32,000 nt of DNA from Nitrosopumilus sp. K4 (GCF_018128925.1 NZ_CP067007.1:598164-630163); one strand, 5' to 3'. Numbered from the stretch's first letter, positions 8,190-16,535 are shown. Numbers and translations are program-made. The notes: a model not told the origin generated them from the letters alone.

Positions 8190-8381
8190 ATGAACATGAC
8201 AAATGAATTTGGAATGAAACACTTATTGGCTCAGTGTCCAAATTGCCAAAGTGATTCTCTTTATTGTGGAAAAATACCTACCTCTATTCGAGATATGGCA
8301 AACAAAGAAGTGTTGTTCTGCAAAAAATGCAAGTTTGTCGTACCTGTAGATGAATTCAAAAAAATCCTTTCTTGTAGGTGA
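8190..8381 (+). CDS. Small zinc-ribbon protein
   Basis: CPNCQ ... CKKCKF (two CxxC pairs). The track start at 8172 is TTG; the first ATG is at 8190. Confidence 0.45.
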   Translation: MNMTNEFGMKHLLAQCPNCQSDSLYCGKIPTSIRDMANKEVLFCKKCKFVVPVDEFKKILSCR

Positions 8382-8385
8382 TTCC

Positions 8386-8622
8386 TTATCTTAGGTCTGC
8401 ATCAAAACTCTCTTGTATTGCTGGCTGATTTCTGTTGATCAAATATAGCAGTATTCCTGCCATGAGTACGCCGATTCCCATTAGACCGATAAATGTGCCT
8501 GCATGTTTAATTGATCTAATGGATGAATCCAAATCCGGTCCACTTTGAATCGAATAAAACAGGATCAATCCTAAAACTACCATGACGCTGCCTGAAAGAA
8601 TTATTGCAGTGCCACTTTTCAT
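8386..8622 (-). CDS. Small membrane protein (2 predicted TM helices)
   Basis: 78 aa with two hydrophobic stretches (AIILSGSVMVVLGLILFY and FIGLMGIGVLMAGILLYL). Confidence 0.5.
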   Translation of the reverse strand: MKSGTAIILSGSVMVVLGLILFYSIQSGPDLDSSIRSIKHAGTFIGLMGIGVLMAGILLYLINRNQPAIQESFDADLR

Positions 8623-8835
8623 GATTTGATGGCTAAATACTGATTAATAAATTCCAATTTCTCAGTTAATCTGATTAAATTTATGATAAAGTAAAAATTT
8701 TTCAAAAGTTTTTTTAAATTTGCAATAATCTGTGTCTGGTTTTTGCACTTTTTGTGTATGTTTCTAAAACATAATTTAATTTGAAACCCAATGATTCCCT
8801 CTCAAAAATCAAAGACTAGATTAAACAATAAGCAG

Positions 8836-9480
8836 TTATTCTTGAATCTTCGTTCCCACTGAAACATACAAAAATCCTCCCCAACCTTCACGATAAGAAG
8901 TCTTTTCAAAATACCTCTCAATAGATTTCCATGCAGTTCCTTTGAGATATTCCTCATCTGCATCAAATGGTTTTGTAAAAAATACAATTAACGGTGCAAA
9001 AATCTTTGCAGGCCCTTGTGACATTTTAAAATCCATAATAACAAATTTTTTGTTAGGCTTTAGTGCATCATATCCTTGTTTGATTATTTTGTCATATTGG
9101 GAAGAATATTGCAGTGCGCCTGTTGTATAAATTCCATCTAGTTCTTGTGGAAATCGATATTCGGCAAAATCGCTTTCAACCAATTCGACATTCTTCCATC
9201 CGTTTTCATCTCGTCGTTTTCTTGCCTGATCAAGCATTTTATCAGTAATGTCAACCCCAATCAGTTTTCCCTCGGTTCCAATTTTGTCTAAAACCCGAGA
9301 AAAATTCAAACCAGTACCGCATCCAAGCTCAACTACAGTATCGCCTTTTGACAGATCTAGTGAGTTAACTGCAATGTCTCGATATTTTCCTATTTTAATT
9401 CCCAACAAGCGATAGAGTTTTACTGCAAAGTCGTAGTTGTCGGCATATTTTCTATATGCCTCAACTACTCGATTAGACAT
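8836..9480 (-). CDS. Class I SAM-dependent methyltransferase
   Basis: 214 aa. Motif I VVELGCGTGLN, then the acidic loop IGVDITDKML. Confidence 0.8.
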   Translation of the reverse strand: MSNRVVEAYRKYADNYDFAVKLYRLLGIKIGKYRDIAVNSLDLSKGDTVVELGCGTGLNFSRVLDKIGTEGKLIGVDITDKMLDQARKRRDENGWKNVELVESDFAEYRFPQELDGIYTTGALQYSSQYDKIIKQGYDALKPNKKFVIMDFKMSQGPAKIFAPLIVFFTKPFDADEEYLKGTAWKSIERYFEKTSYREGWGGFLYVSVGTKIQE

Positions 9481-9717
9481 AATTCCGTTACGTGAACTTT
9501 ATTCAAAAATATGAAAGATAGTTTTCAACACTGATTTTTACTTTGAAATAGATTTGTTCTGCATGAATCACATCAAAATATGGTTAAAATGTGAAAAGTA
9601 CCATGTACTAACTGTTGAATTGAGCCTGATTGAATCAATTTTTTAGTACATTTTTGGAAAATTAACTAAAGTTGTTTTTTTATACTTAGGTAAACTTATT
9701 GCAAATAAATAATCACG

Positions 9718-11277
9718 ATGATGAACATGGCACAATTAACACTTTCAGAAACAATTCAAAAAGTAGAGGCGATGATAGATTCTGGACAAGGTGATTCAGG
9801 ACGCCTATATCATATTTTGGAATTCCTAAAACACAACAAGACCCTTTATCATTCAGATCAAATGTATCTTGAAAAAAAATTACAAGCAGGAATTGTCTTA
9901 AAAGAAGAAACACAATATGTGCCAAAAGATATTCTTGAAAAAATCCAATTTTTAATAGATTCTGGACAAGGCGATGCCGGAAGACTGCAACATATCTATG
10001 ACATGTTGGCAAACAACAAGACCCTTTATCATTCAGATCAAAAATATCTGGAAAGCAAATTAGATTCTCTAGGTAATCTACCCATGCCCTCTACTGAAAA
10101 CATTCCATCTGAAAGTATGCAAACAAGCACAAATGCAAAACAAGAATTCCTTGAAGAGTCAAAACTACATGAAAAACCTACCTCTGAAAAACCTACACCT
10201 GCAACACCGCAAAGAGAAGCCAAAATTGAACATACTGAAAAATTAAGAGGAACTATGCCCAAGGGGTGGACTCCTCCTGAAAATTCTGCAGATTTGCATG
10301 GGATCTATGAAGAGATAAAAACTGAAGAACAAAAACTTGAAAGCCAGAAAAAAATCTATGATGAAATAAGTTTACAACGCTCAAAGCTATCTCAACTAAT
10401 TTTGAACAGGCAGGATTATGAAAAACAAGTTAAACTTGAGCAAGCTAAACTTGAATCTCAAATAAAAGAAGAACGAGAAAAAATTGCCAATCAAACTCAT
10501 CTTTCTGAAGAAATTTTAATTCAGAAAAAAGAATTAGATAATATCAAATCTGAAAGAGATAAGGTTCTGAAAAAAATTCATTCTGAAAAAACAAAACTTG
10601 CCAAAGACCTAGAACAGCAAAAAAGACAATTAGTTAACGCGCAGCTTGAACAAGAAGAAATTGAAAAACAGATAGCACAGGAACAAACACTTCTTGCAAA
10701 AATGACAACTGAGCAGAAAAATAGACTCTTAAAACAGGCACAAATAGCGCACGAAATTAAACAAAAACAAGATGAACTAGAAAAAGCCAAAAAAGAATAT
10801 GAGGAAATCGTTTCTGCTGTTTCTCAAGAAAAAGAAAAACTAGCCGAAGCTGAAAAATTAAAAAAATCCATCAAATCCCAAGAGGCTGATCTGATTAGTA
10901 CTAAAGAAGAACGTCTTAAACTAATTACCCTGATTGCCAAAGAAAAAGAGAACATTTCTAAAAAAACCCAAGAAGAAAAAGAAAAACTTCAATCTCAAAA
11001 CAAATTACGTAAACAGCTTGAAAAAGAAGAAAAAGAATATGAAAAACTAAAACAAAAAAGAAAGAAAATTGAAGAACAAATTAAACTAAAAAACAAAAAG
11101 CTAAAAGAAAAACAAGCTAAACTAAAAAAAGAGATATCAGAAAAAGACACTGCACTAAAGTCACTCTCTTCAAAGAAAACAACAAATGCTAAAACAATTA
11201 AGTCTAAAACAAAAGCTAAAGCAACAAATGCTAAAACAAAATCTAAGGCGACAAAAAATAAAGATGAGGCCTCTTAG
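9718..11277 (+). CDS. Coiled-coil protein with duplicated N-terminal motif and basic tail
   Basis: 519 aa. Two copies of IDSGQGD(S/A)GRLxHI...NKTLYHSDQxYLExKL, about 300 aa of K/E/Q-rich heptad-like sequence, and a Lys/Thr/Ala-rich basic C-terminus. Confidence 0.75.
   Translation: MMNMAQLTLSETIQKVEAMIDSGQGDSGRLYHILEFLKHNKTLYHSDQMYLEKKLQAGIVLKEETQYVPKDILEKIQFLIDSGQGDAGRLQHIYDMLANNKTLYHSDQKYLESKLDSLGNLPMPSTENIPSESMQTSTNAKQEFLEESKLHEKPTSEKPTPATPQREAKIEHTEKLRGTMPKGWTPPENSADLHGIYEEIKTEEQKLESQKKIYDEISLQRSKLSQLILNRQDYEKQVKLEQAKLESQIKEEREKIANQTHLSEEILIQKKELDNIKSERDKVLKKIHSEKTKLAKDLEQQKRQLVNAQLEQEEIEKQIAQEQTLLAKMTTEQKNRLLKQAQIAHEIKQKQDELEKAKKEYEEIVSAVSQEKEKLAEAEKLKKSIKSQEADLISTKEERLKLITLIAKEKENISKKTQEEKEKLQSQNKLRKQLEKEEKEYEKLKQKRKKIEEQIKLKNKKLKEKQAKLKKEISEKDTALKSLSSKKTTNAKTIKSKTKAKATNAKTKSKATKNKDEAS
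9775..10060 (+). repeat. Intragenic duplication (about 105 bp unit, 180 bp period)
   Basis: ATAGATTCTGGACAAGG occurs at 9775 and 9955. A 30-nt exact match ACAACAAGACCCTTTATCATTCAGATCAAA occurs at 9833-9862 and 10013-10042. Confidence 0.9.
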
Positions 11278-11894
11278 TCGCTTATCTTGATTGTTATTTC
11301 CTCTCCGTTTCCTATTGGACTGGTAATTGTATTTACTTTTTGATGGTTTTTCAAATAGTTTGAAAACTTTTTCATCTCCTCTCGATATTTTTCTGGATAC
11401 AGCATGTTGTCTGTAACGATAACTCCTTGGTTTTTGATCATGGGAAACGCCAGTTCAAAATACTTGACTACATTTTCTTTGTCTGCATCAATGAACACAA
11501 AATCAAAGAATTTTTGAAATTCCTGCTTTTTAGAATATTCTTCTAAAATCTCAATTGCATTTCCTTGGTTGATTTTTATGATCTCTGAAACTCCTGCTTT
11601 TTTGAAATTCTCTTCTGCTCTTTTGATCTTTTTTGGATTTTTTTCAATTGTGAATATTTGCCCCTTGTTTTCTTTGATTGCATCTGCAAACCATATTGTG
11701 GAATATCCTGTCGACATTCCGATTTCTAGGACATTTTGGGCATTTTTTATTCGTAAAATCATGTTTAGCAGCTCGCCAGTTTCCTTTGTTATGGCCAGCA
11801 TTCTCTCTTCTGGCAGAACATCAACCTTCCTTATTTTTTCAAGTATGGAGCGTTCCTCTAATTCCTCTAGAACTTTAACAATTGTGTCGTCCAA
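11274..11894 (-). CDS. O-methyltransferase family 3 (caffeoyl-CoA OMT-like), SAM-dependent
   Basis: 206 aa. VLEIGMSTGYSTIWFA (motif I) and FDFVFIDADKENV are typical of family 3 OMTs. The stop overlaps the upstream convergent gene by 4 nt. Confidence 0.85.
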   Translation of the reverse strand: MDDTIVKVLEELEERSILEKIRKVDVLPEERMLAITKETGELLNMILRIKNAQNVLEIGMSTGYSTIWFADAIKENKGQIFTIEKNPKKIKRAEENFKKAGVSEIIKINQGNAIEILEEYSKKQEFQKFFDFVFIDADKENVVKYFELAFPMIKNQGVIVTDNMLYPEKYREEMKKFSNYLKNHQKVNTITSPIGNGEEITIKISD

Positions 11895-11942
11895 TGTTTA
11901 TCCCTTGTTTTGAAATAAATTAATCCTACCTAATTAAGAAAT

Positions 11943-14333
11943 ATGAGATTTTTTCTTTTTTTGTTGATTTTTGGAATCGTATTATTTATGCCTCAAAACG
12001 TATTTGCTTTAGAACTAGATGCAGTTGCGGAAAAAGAAGTGTTTGGGCCAAATGACTGGCTCAAAGTTTTTGTTAAACTTGACAAGTATTCTGGCGGTAA
12101 GATTAATTGGAATGTCACAAAACCTGACGGTGCCATGTTAAATGGCTTTTTTGAAAACATTCAGGCCTCCAAAGTAACACACACTATAAGCAGAAATGCA
12201 TTTGACAACCAGTTTGGAACCTGGACCTTTGACTATTCTTACAAAAATGCTACAAAACAAGTCAATGTTGAAGTTGACCCCTTGACTGTTACAGTGACTG
12301 CTGATAAAACAACTTATTTGCCTGGTGATGTTGCAACCATTCGATTCTCTACAAATTATTATAATCCAAATGCAGCAAATGCACAATTTCTTTCCATGCA
12401 TATTGTCGATGAGAATGGAAGGCCTGCTAAACTGATTGATGATATCGAACTCAAGGTCTCTCAACCAGTTATACTTCAACAATTTTCTGTTGCTGACTTG
12501 GTTAAATACAATCCATTTGGAAAGTATCGTGCTGTTGTAAACTACTATAATCTTCAAGCTGATGTTCCATTTGAAGTAACAGATTACAGTTCTAAAACTT
12601 CGATATTTTTAGGAACAGACAAGTCGCTTTATGATCCTGGAAACTCAGTTGAACTCAACATTGTAATTCCAAAATTGACTGATAGTTCTGGAACCCTTTC
12701 TGTTACCTTCCCCTCTGGAAAAATAATGACCAAAGTAATCCCGATTGATTCTTCTTTGACTAGATTCTTTCTAGATGGCGTCACTAATTCTGAGATCGGT
12801 ACATTCAAGTATGAATTTGAATATGCGGGAAGTTATTTTTCTGGAACCTTTGATGTTTTGTCCGAATCCCTTGATGAGCCTGTTTCAAAAGAACTTGAAA
12901 TTGAATTGCTCTTAGACAAATCCCAGTATAGGCCCGGGGAAACAATCCAAGCCAAAGTATCCACAAGTAAATTAGTTGAAAAACAGATTACGTATTGGTT
13001 TGAGGATTCTTTGGGAAATAAAAGTGGCCAGTTTTCCTTTTCTAACCCTTCCGTAGGCACATTTACAATCTCCCATATCTTGTCAATTAATTCTCAGGAA
13101 GGGCCTTGGAAAATGTATGTAAAATATGGCGATGTCCAAACATTTGCAGTTTTCTTTATCTCTGGCACACCTGTATCTCCCTCTGAAAAAATTTCACCAG
13201 AACATCAACTTGGACCTGAGTTATTACTGACTATTGATAGTCGCATAACTGATTTTTCAAAAGTAATTGATTTGTCTATCTCTCACGGTGATGAATTATT
13301 TGTATTAGATTCTGGTAATTCTAAAATCAAATCATTTGACAATGTTGGAAATCTAAAAAAAATCTGGGGTAGTGTAGGGACTGGCGATGGACAATTACGT
13401 AACCCTTCTGCTATTTTTGCCGAAGATAGTTTTATTCATGTAGCTGATACGGGTAATTCTAGAATTGTAACCTTTGACCATGATGGGAATTTTATCCGAA
13501 ACTGGGGGAATTCTGGAATTGCACACCAATCCTTAAAAAATCCAAGTGACATAACCCTTGATTCCTCGGGAAACTTTTTTGTTTCTGATAATAATCAAAA
13601 TAAAATTTTAGAATTTAATTCAAATGGTACCTATGTGAAAACCATTGAATCTATTCTGACTGCATCCGCAAAATTCTCCTCAATCCAATCAATATCTTCT
13701 GATGGAAGCAATGATCTGTATTTACTGTCCTCAGATGATAGCAGAATTTTACAATACAAAAATACAGGCGTTTTCATTAAATCCTTTGCAAGTGAAGGAC
13801 AAAATGACAAACAACTACAGAATCCTTCGTCGTTAACACTTGACAAAAACGACTACCTCTATGTGTCTGATACGGGAAACTACAGAATAATCGTATTTGA
13901 TGCAAATGGTAATTTTATTGCAAAATGGGGTAGTTTTGGAAATGGCCCTGGTCAATTTGCCCGTATTGCAGGACTAGATGTTGATTCTAAAGGAAATGTG
14001 TGGGTGGTTGACTCTCAGATTAACAGGATTCAAAAATTTGCCTCGATTTTTGGTAAAAGCTCAATTGAAATTCCTGATTGGATACGCAATAACGCAAAAT
14101 GGTGGAATGAAAACAAGATATCTGATGAAGAATTTGCATCCGGAATCGAATTTATGATTCGAGAAAAGATAATTGTGATTCCTGAATTAGAACATGCTCC
14201 TACTTTACAAGAAACAAAAATTCCAAAATGGATAAAAAATTCTGCAAATTGGTGGGCTGATGGATTAGTATCCGATCAAGAATTTGCAAACTCCATTGAA
14301 TATCTAGTAAATTCTGGAATTATTCGAGTATGA
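11943..14333 (+). CDS. Secreted NHL-repeat beta-propeller protein with Ig-like N-terminal region
   Basis: 796 aa. Signal peptide MRFFLFLLIFGIVLFMPQNVFA. At least five NHL-type repeats (e.g. GQLRNPSAIFAEDSFIHVADTGNSRIVTFDHDGNF and GQFARIAGLDVDSKGNVWVVDSQINRIQKF). Two C-terminal copies of IPxWIxNxAxWW...SDxEFAxxIEYL..GII. Confidence 0.85.
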   Translation: MRFFLFLLIFGIVLFMPQNVFALELDAVAEKEVFGPNDWLKVFVKLDKYSGGKINWNVTKPDGAMLNGFFENIQASKVTHTISRNAFDNQFGTWTFDYSYKNATKQVNVEVDPLTVTVTADKTTYLPGDVATIRFSTNYYNPNAANAQFLSMHIVDENGRPAKLIDDIELKVSQPVILQQFSVADLVKYNPFGKYRAVVNYYNLQADVPFEVTDYSSKTSIFLGTDKSLYDPGNSVELNIVIPKLTDSSGTLSVTFPSGKIMTKVIPIDSSLTRFFLDGVTNSEIGTFKYEFEYAGSYFSGTFDVLSESLDEPVSKELEIELLLDKSQYRPGETIQAKVSTSKLVEKQITYWFEDSLGNKSGQFSFSNPSVGTFTISHILSINSQEGPWKMYVKYGDVQTFAVFFISGTPVSPSEKISPEHQLGPELLLTIDSRITDFSKVIDLSISHGDELFVLDSGNSKIKSFDNVGNLKKIWGSVGTGDGQLRNPSAIFAEDSFIHVADTGNSRIVTFDHDGNFIRNWGNSGIAHQSLKNPSDITLDSSGNFFVSDNNQNKILEFNSNGTYVKTIESILTASAKFSSIQSISSDGSNDLYLLSSDDSRILQYKNTGVFIKSFASEGQNDKQLQNPSSLTLDKNDYLYVSDTGNYRIIVFDANGNFIAKWGSFGNGPGQFARIAGLDVDSKGNVWVVDSQINRIQKFASIFGKSSIEIPDWIRNNAKWWNENKISDEEFASGIEFMIREKIIVIPELEHAPTLQETKIPKWIKNSANWWADGLVSDQEFANSIEYLVNSGIIRV

Positions 14334-14373
14334 AATTTCAATAGAATATATTTAGTTAAATTTGCCTTACACT

Positions 14374-14754
14374 ATGGCAGGAAAAACCAAAGTCGACCTA
14401 TTGAAATTGGTTCAACAGATGATTAATTTGGATCCAAAGATGAGATTTGCTGCAATAATTGATCCTAAAGGAAATATCCGTGAAGCCATAATGAAAGCCG
14501 GAAAAACCAATCTAAAATCTCAAAAAGAAGAAGAACACTTCTGCAAACAAGTAGCACAACGACGTGCAATGAGAAAAGAATTTGACAAATCTCTTGGAAA
14601 AGTTCGTTATGTTCATGTTGAAAGAGAAAAAGTATCTCAAATGGTCATATATACAAAAAGAAACATTGTATATTTTACAATGGAGCCTGAAATGCCAATT
14701 GATAATAAACTTCGAATAATTACTCGAATTAAGAAAATCACATCTGAAATTTAA
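14374..14754 (+). CDS. Hypothetical protein (possibly Roadblock/LC7-like fold)
   Basis: The track ORF starts with TTG at 14362; ATG at 14374 (MAGKTKV...). The pattern AAIIDPKGNIREAI ... MVIYTKRNIVYFTMEP is loosely Roadblock-like. This is a weak call. Confidence 0.5.
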   Translation: MAGKTKVDLLKLVQQMINLDPKMRFAAIIDPKGNIREAIMKAGKTNLKSQKEEEHFCKQVAQRRAMRKEFDKSLGKVRYVHVEREKVSQMVIYTKRNIVYFTMEPEMPIDNKLRIITRIKKITSEI

Positions 14755-14798
14755 TCTGTCTTGATTTGGCAATAAAAAAATACATTGCAGATTCTAAG

Positions 14799-15137
14799 AT
14801 GTTTGAGTATGACAAGCATTATCGCAACTGTATGCAAAACAACATGCCATTCATTAAAGCTAAAACAAATCCTCTAAATGGCCACTATCACGTTCAAATT
14901 GACTTGATGCCTTGTGGTCGTGTTTTCACAGAAGAAGGAAAACAAAATCTGAAAAAACTATTTGAGAGTGAACTGGAGTTGCTAAAACCAAAAACTAACT
15001 CAAAACCCTTGCCTGATTATTCTGTTGAACAGGAACTGTCCTGGATAGACGAAGTGCTTCCTGAACGTTTAGATGGTTTTTGTGAAACTCTTTATCAGTT
15101 TTCTGAGAAATTTACTGTTCAAAAATCTAAAATCTGA
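14799..15137 (+). CDS. Hypothetical protein
   Basis: The track ORF begins with TTG at 14766; the first ATG is at 14799 (MFEYDKHYRN...). No motif recognised. Confidence 0.45.
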   Translation: MFEYDKHYRNCMQNNMPFIKAKTNPLNGHYHVQIDLMPCGRVFTEEGKQNLKKLFESELELLKPKTNSKPLPDYSVEQELSWIDEVLPERLDGFCETLYQFSEKFTVQKSKI

Positions 15138-15333
15138 TTAAATTCTTGATGATTTTATCGATAACTGTGACTTCTTCTTTTCTCTCTTTTATCGTATTTT
15201 CATTCCATTTTTTTGCAAATTCGGACTGATTATCTAGTTTTTCTAATTCTTGAATGTATTTTACAAGATAGTTTTTGTAATCTTGAAGCATGTCTAGGTG
15301 GTTATTGTGGTTTTTTTCGCTTGGCTTACTCAT
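15127..15333 (-). CDS. Small helical/coiled-coil protein
   Basis: 68 aa. Its start overlaps the stop of the upstream ORF 15326-15550 by 8 nt, an operon-like arrangement. Confidence 0.4.
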   Translation of the reverse strand: MSKPSEKNHNNHLDMLQDYKNYLVKYIQELEKLDNQSEFAKKWNENTIKERKEEVTVIDKIIKNLIRF

Positions 15334-15550
15334 CCCTCAACTCCTTTATTTTATCTGGAAACATGTTTTCAATCCGCTCTTTATCTAAATTCATTGCCTT
15401 GATTCTTTCTTTTAGATGATTTTTTATCGTTTCTTCCGCCTCTGATTCAATCTCTCTTTGATTATCTTTGATTATTTTTGAAAGTGACTTGTAATAGACA
15501 AGATGTTTTTCAAATGACTCTTCTGATGTATCTTCTCTTCTATCATCCAT
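15326..15550 (-). CDS. Small acidic helical protein
   Basis: 74 aa, E/K-rich, first gene of a two-gene minus-strand pair. Confidence 0.4.
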   Translation of the reverse strand: MDDRREDTSEESFEKHLVYYKSLSKIIKDNQREIESEAEETIKNHLKERIKAMNLDKERIENMFPDKIKELRDE

Positions 15551-15630
15551 AATATGTAAAATCTTTTTTTGAACATAAGAGTTATTGTATTAAAATAATG
15601 AACTAAATATTGGAGTTTTGTAACCATTGC

Positions 15631-15924
15631 ATGAAAAATGTTTTGATTGATCAAAACTGCAAGTGGTTAGCAAGTGAAGACAGCAAATATTTACTTAAAG
15701 ATTACGCTGAAATTTTTGTTGTTGGTGAACACCTTAAACAACGCGAGTACGATGAAAATCTTGCAACATTTTGCATGAATAACTCTTGTGAATTACTGAC
15801 AGCTGATAACCGAGCATATGTTCATTTTTTCTCTGATGAGCGAATCAAAAATATCCAAATCTCTGAATTTGTTTATGAACACAAGGCTGATAGGCCGATA
15901 TATCTTGTAAAAATCATCGAGTGA
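15631..15924 (+). CDS. Hypothetical protein, possibly a small PIN-like (DUF5615/Mut7-C-like) domain
   Basis: ATG at 15631 (MKNVLIDQN...); the track start at 15610 is TTG. The layout vLiDqN ... DENLATFCMNNSCELLTADN resembles minimal PIN-like toxins. This is recognition by eye only. Confidence 0.4.
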   Translation: MKNVLIDQNCKWLASEDSKYLLKDYAEIFVVGEHLKQREYDENLATFCMNNSCELLTADNRAYVHFFSDERIKNIQISEFVYEHKADRPIYLVKIIE

Positions 15925-15926
15925 TT

Positions 15927-16535
15927 TCAGTTGACGTTTTCGGAGTTTATTTGGGTGATTCTGATATTTGCAATTACCTCATTGAGAAATTCATCTTCTG
16001 ATTGCTGTGTGACAAATTGCATTATTTTTTCCCAATAATCGTCGATTTTCCTATTTATCTGTGAAAACATCTTGTCTTTTTTAAAAGACGGATAATAGGA
16101 TAAAAATTTCATTATGCTTTCTATTGACTGCACAATATGGATAAAATGAATAATTGATCTTACTCTTTGATGGAAACTCATTTTCATTTGTTGTGTGCTC
16201 TCATCAAACATTTGAAGCTCTGATAGCGAAATCTCTAATTCTTTATGCAAATTTTTTAATTGATTATTTACGGACTCAGAAATATTGATCAACTCGTATT
16301 CAATGTGGGACTTGCTGTGAATCTTTTTTTCGACTTCTCCTGATTCTACTAGTGAGCTTATTTCTCTGTAAATCATCTTTTCATTACCTACCTTTTTGAG
16401 AACTCTTTTCATTAGGTCTGTTGCTCTAATCTTACCATTTTCGTTTAAAACTCGCATGATCTCTGTTCTGATTATCTTTGAATCATCTTCCATATTTTTC
16501 AATGACCTCTTTTTCTCCAATTTCATTAATTTCAC
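15927..16535 (-). CDS. Putative winged-helix transcription regulator
   Basis: 202 aa; the likely true start is Met15 at 16493. The N-terminus IIRTEIMRVLNENGKIRATDLMKRV...IYREISSLVESGEVEKK is wHTH-like, and the C-terminus is helical. Confidence 0.55.
   Translation of the reverse strand: MKLMKLEKKRSLKNMEDDSKIIRTEIMRVLNENGKIRATDLMKRVLKKVGNEKMIYREISSLVESGEVEKKIHSKSHIEYELINISESVNNQLKNLHKELEISLSELQMFDESTQQMKMSFHQRVRSIIHFIHIVQSIESIMKFLSYYPSFKKDKMFSQINRKIDDYWEKIMQFVTQQSEDEFLNEVIANIRITQINSENVN

Larger units (their letters stand above)
2001..8697. mobile_element. Putative integrated element or genomic island headed by solo cas1 (casposon-like context, PolB-less); boundaries tentative
   Basis: It starts right after the aEF-2 stop. 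It holds about 14 short mixed-strand ORFs, mostly without recognisable families (Cas1, NERD nuclease, wHTH, Zn fingers). A degenerate copy of the aEF-2 3' terminus lies at 8678-8697. Housekeeping-type genes resume at 8836. Confidence 0.4.

Noticed and set aside
2001-9700. Looked for a CRISPR array, cas2 or cas4 next to cas1
   Set aside because: No regularly spaced direct repeats of 24-40 bp were found anywhere in or around the island. No ~90-aa Cas2-like ORF and no Cas4-like Cys-rich nuclease ORF were found. The only tandem repeat (4127-4201) is 15 bp, without spacers, and coding.
2001-9700. Looked for a family-B DNA polymerase, intact or fragmented, as expected for a casposon
   Set aside because: The largest ORF after cas1 is 250 aa. 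None of the listed translations contains PolB exonuclease or palm motifs. Fragments too decayed to see by eye cannot be excluded.
9481-9717. 237-bp intergenic gap examined for an RNA gene
   Set aside because: It is AT-rich with only weak quasi-palindromes (AGTACCATGTACT). There are no GC-rich stems or C/D-box (RUGAUGA ... CUGA) arrangement that I could support.
10300-11270. Apparent A-rich repetitive DNA
   Set aside because: This is coding low complexity: Lys/Glu/Gln codons of a coiled coil in one long open frame. It is not a non-coding repeat or a satellite. Only short local repeats occur, such as ACAAATGCTAAAACAA twice near 11180-11240.
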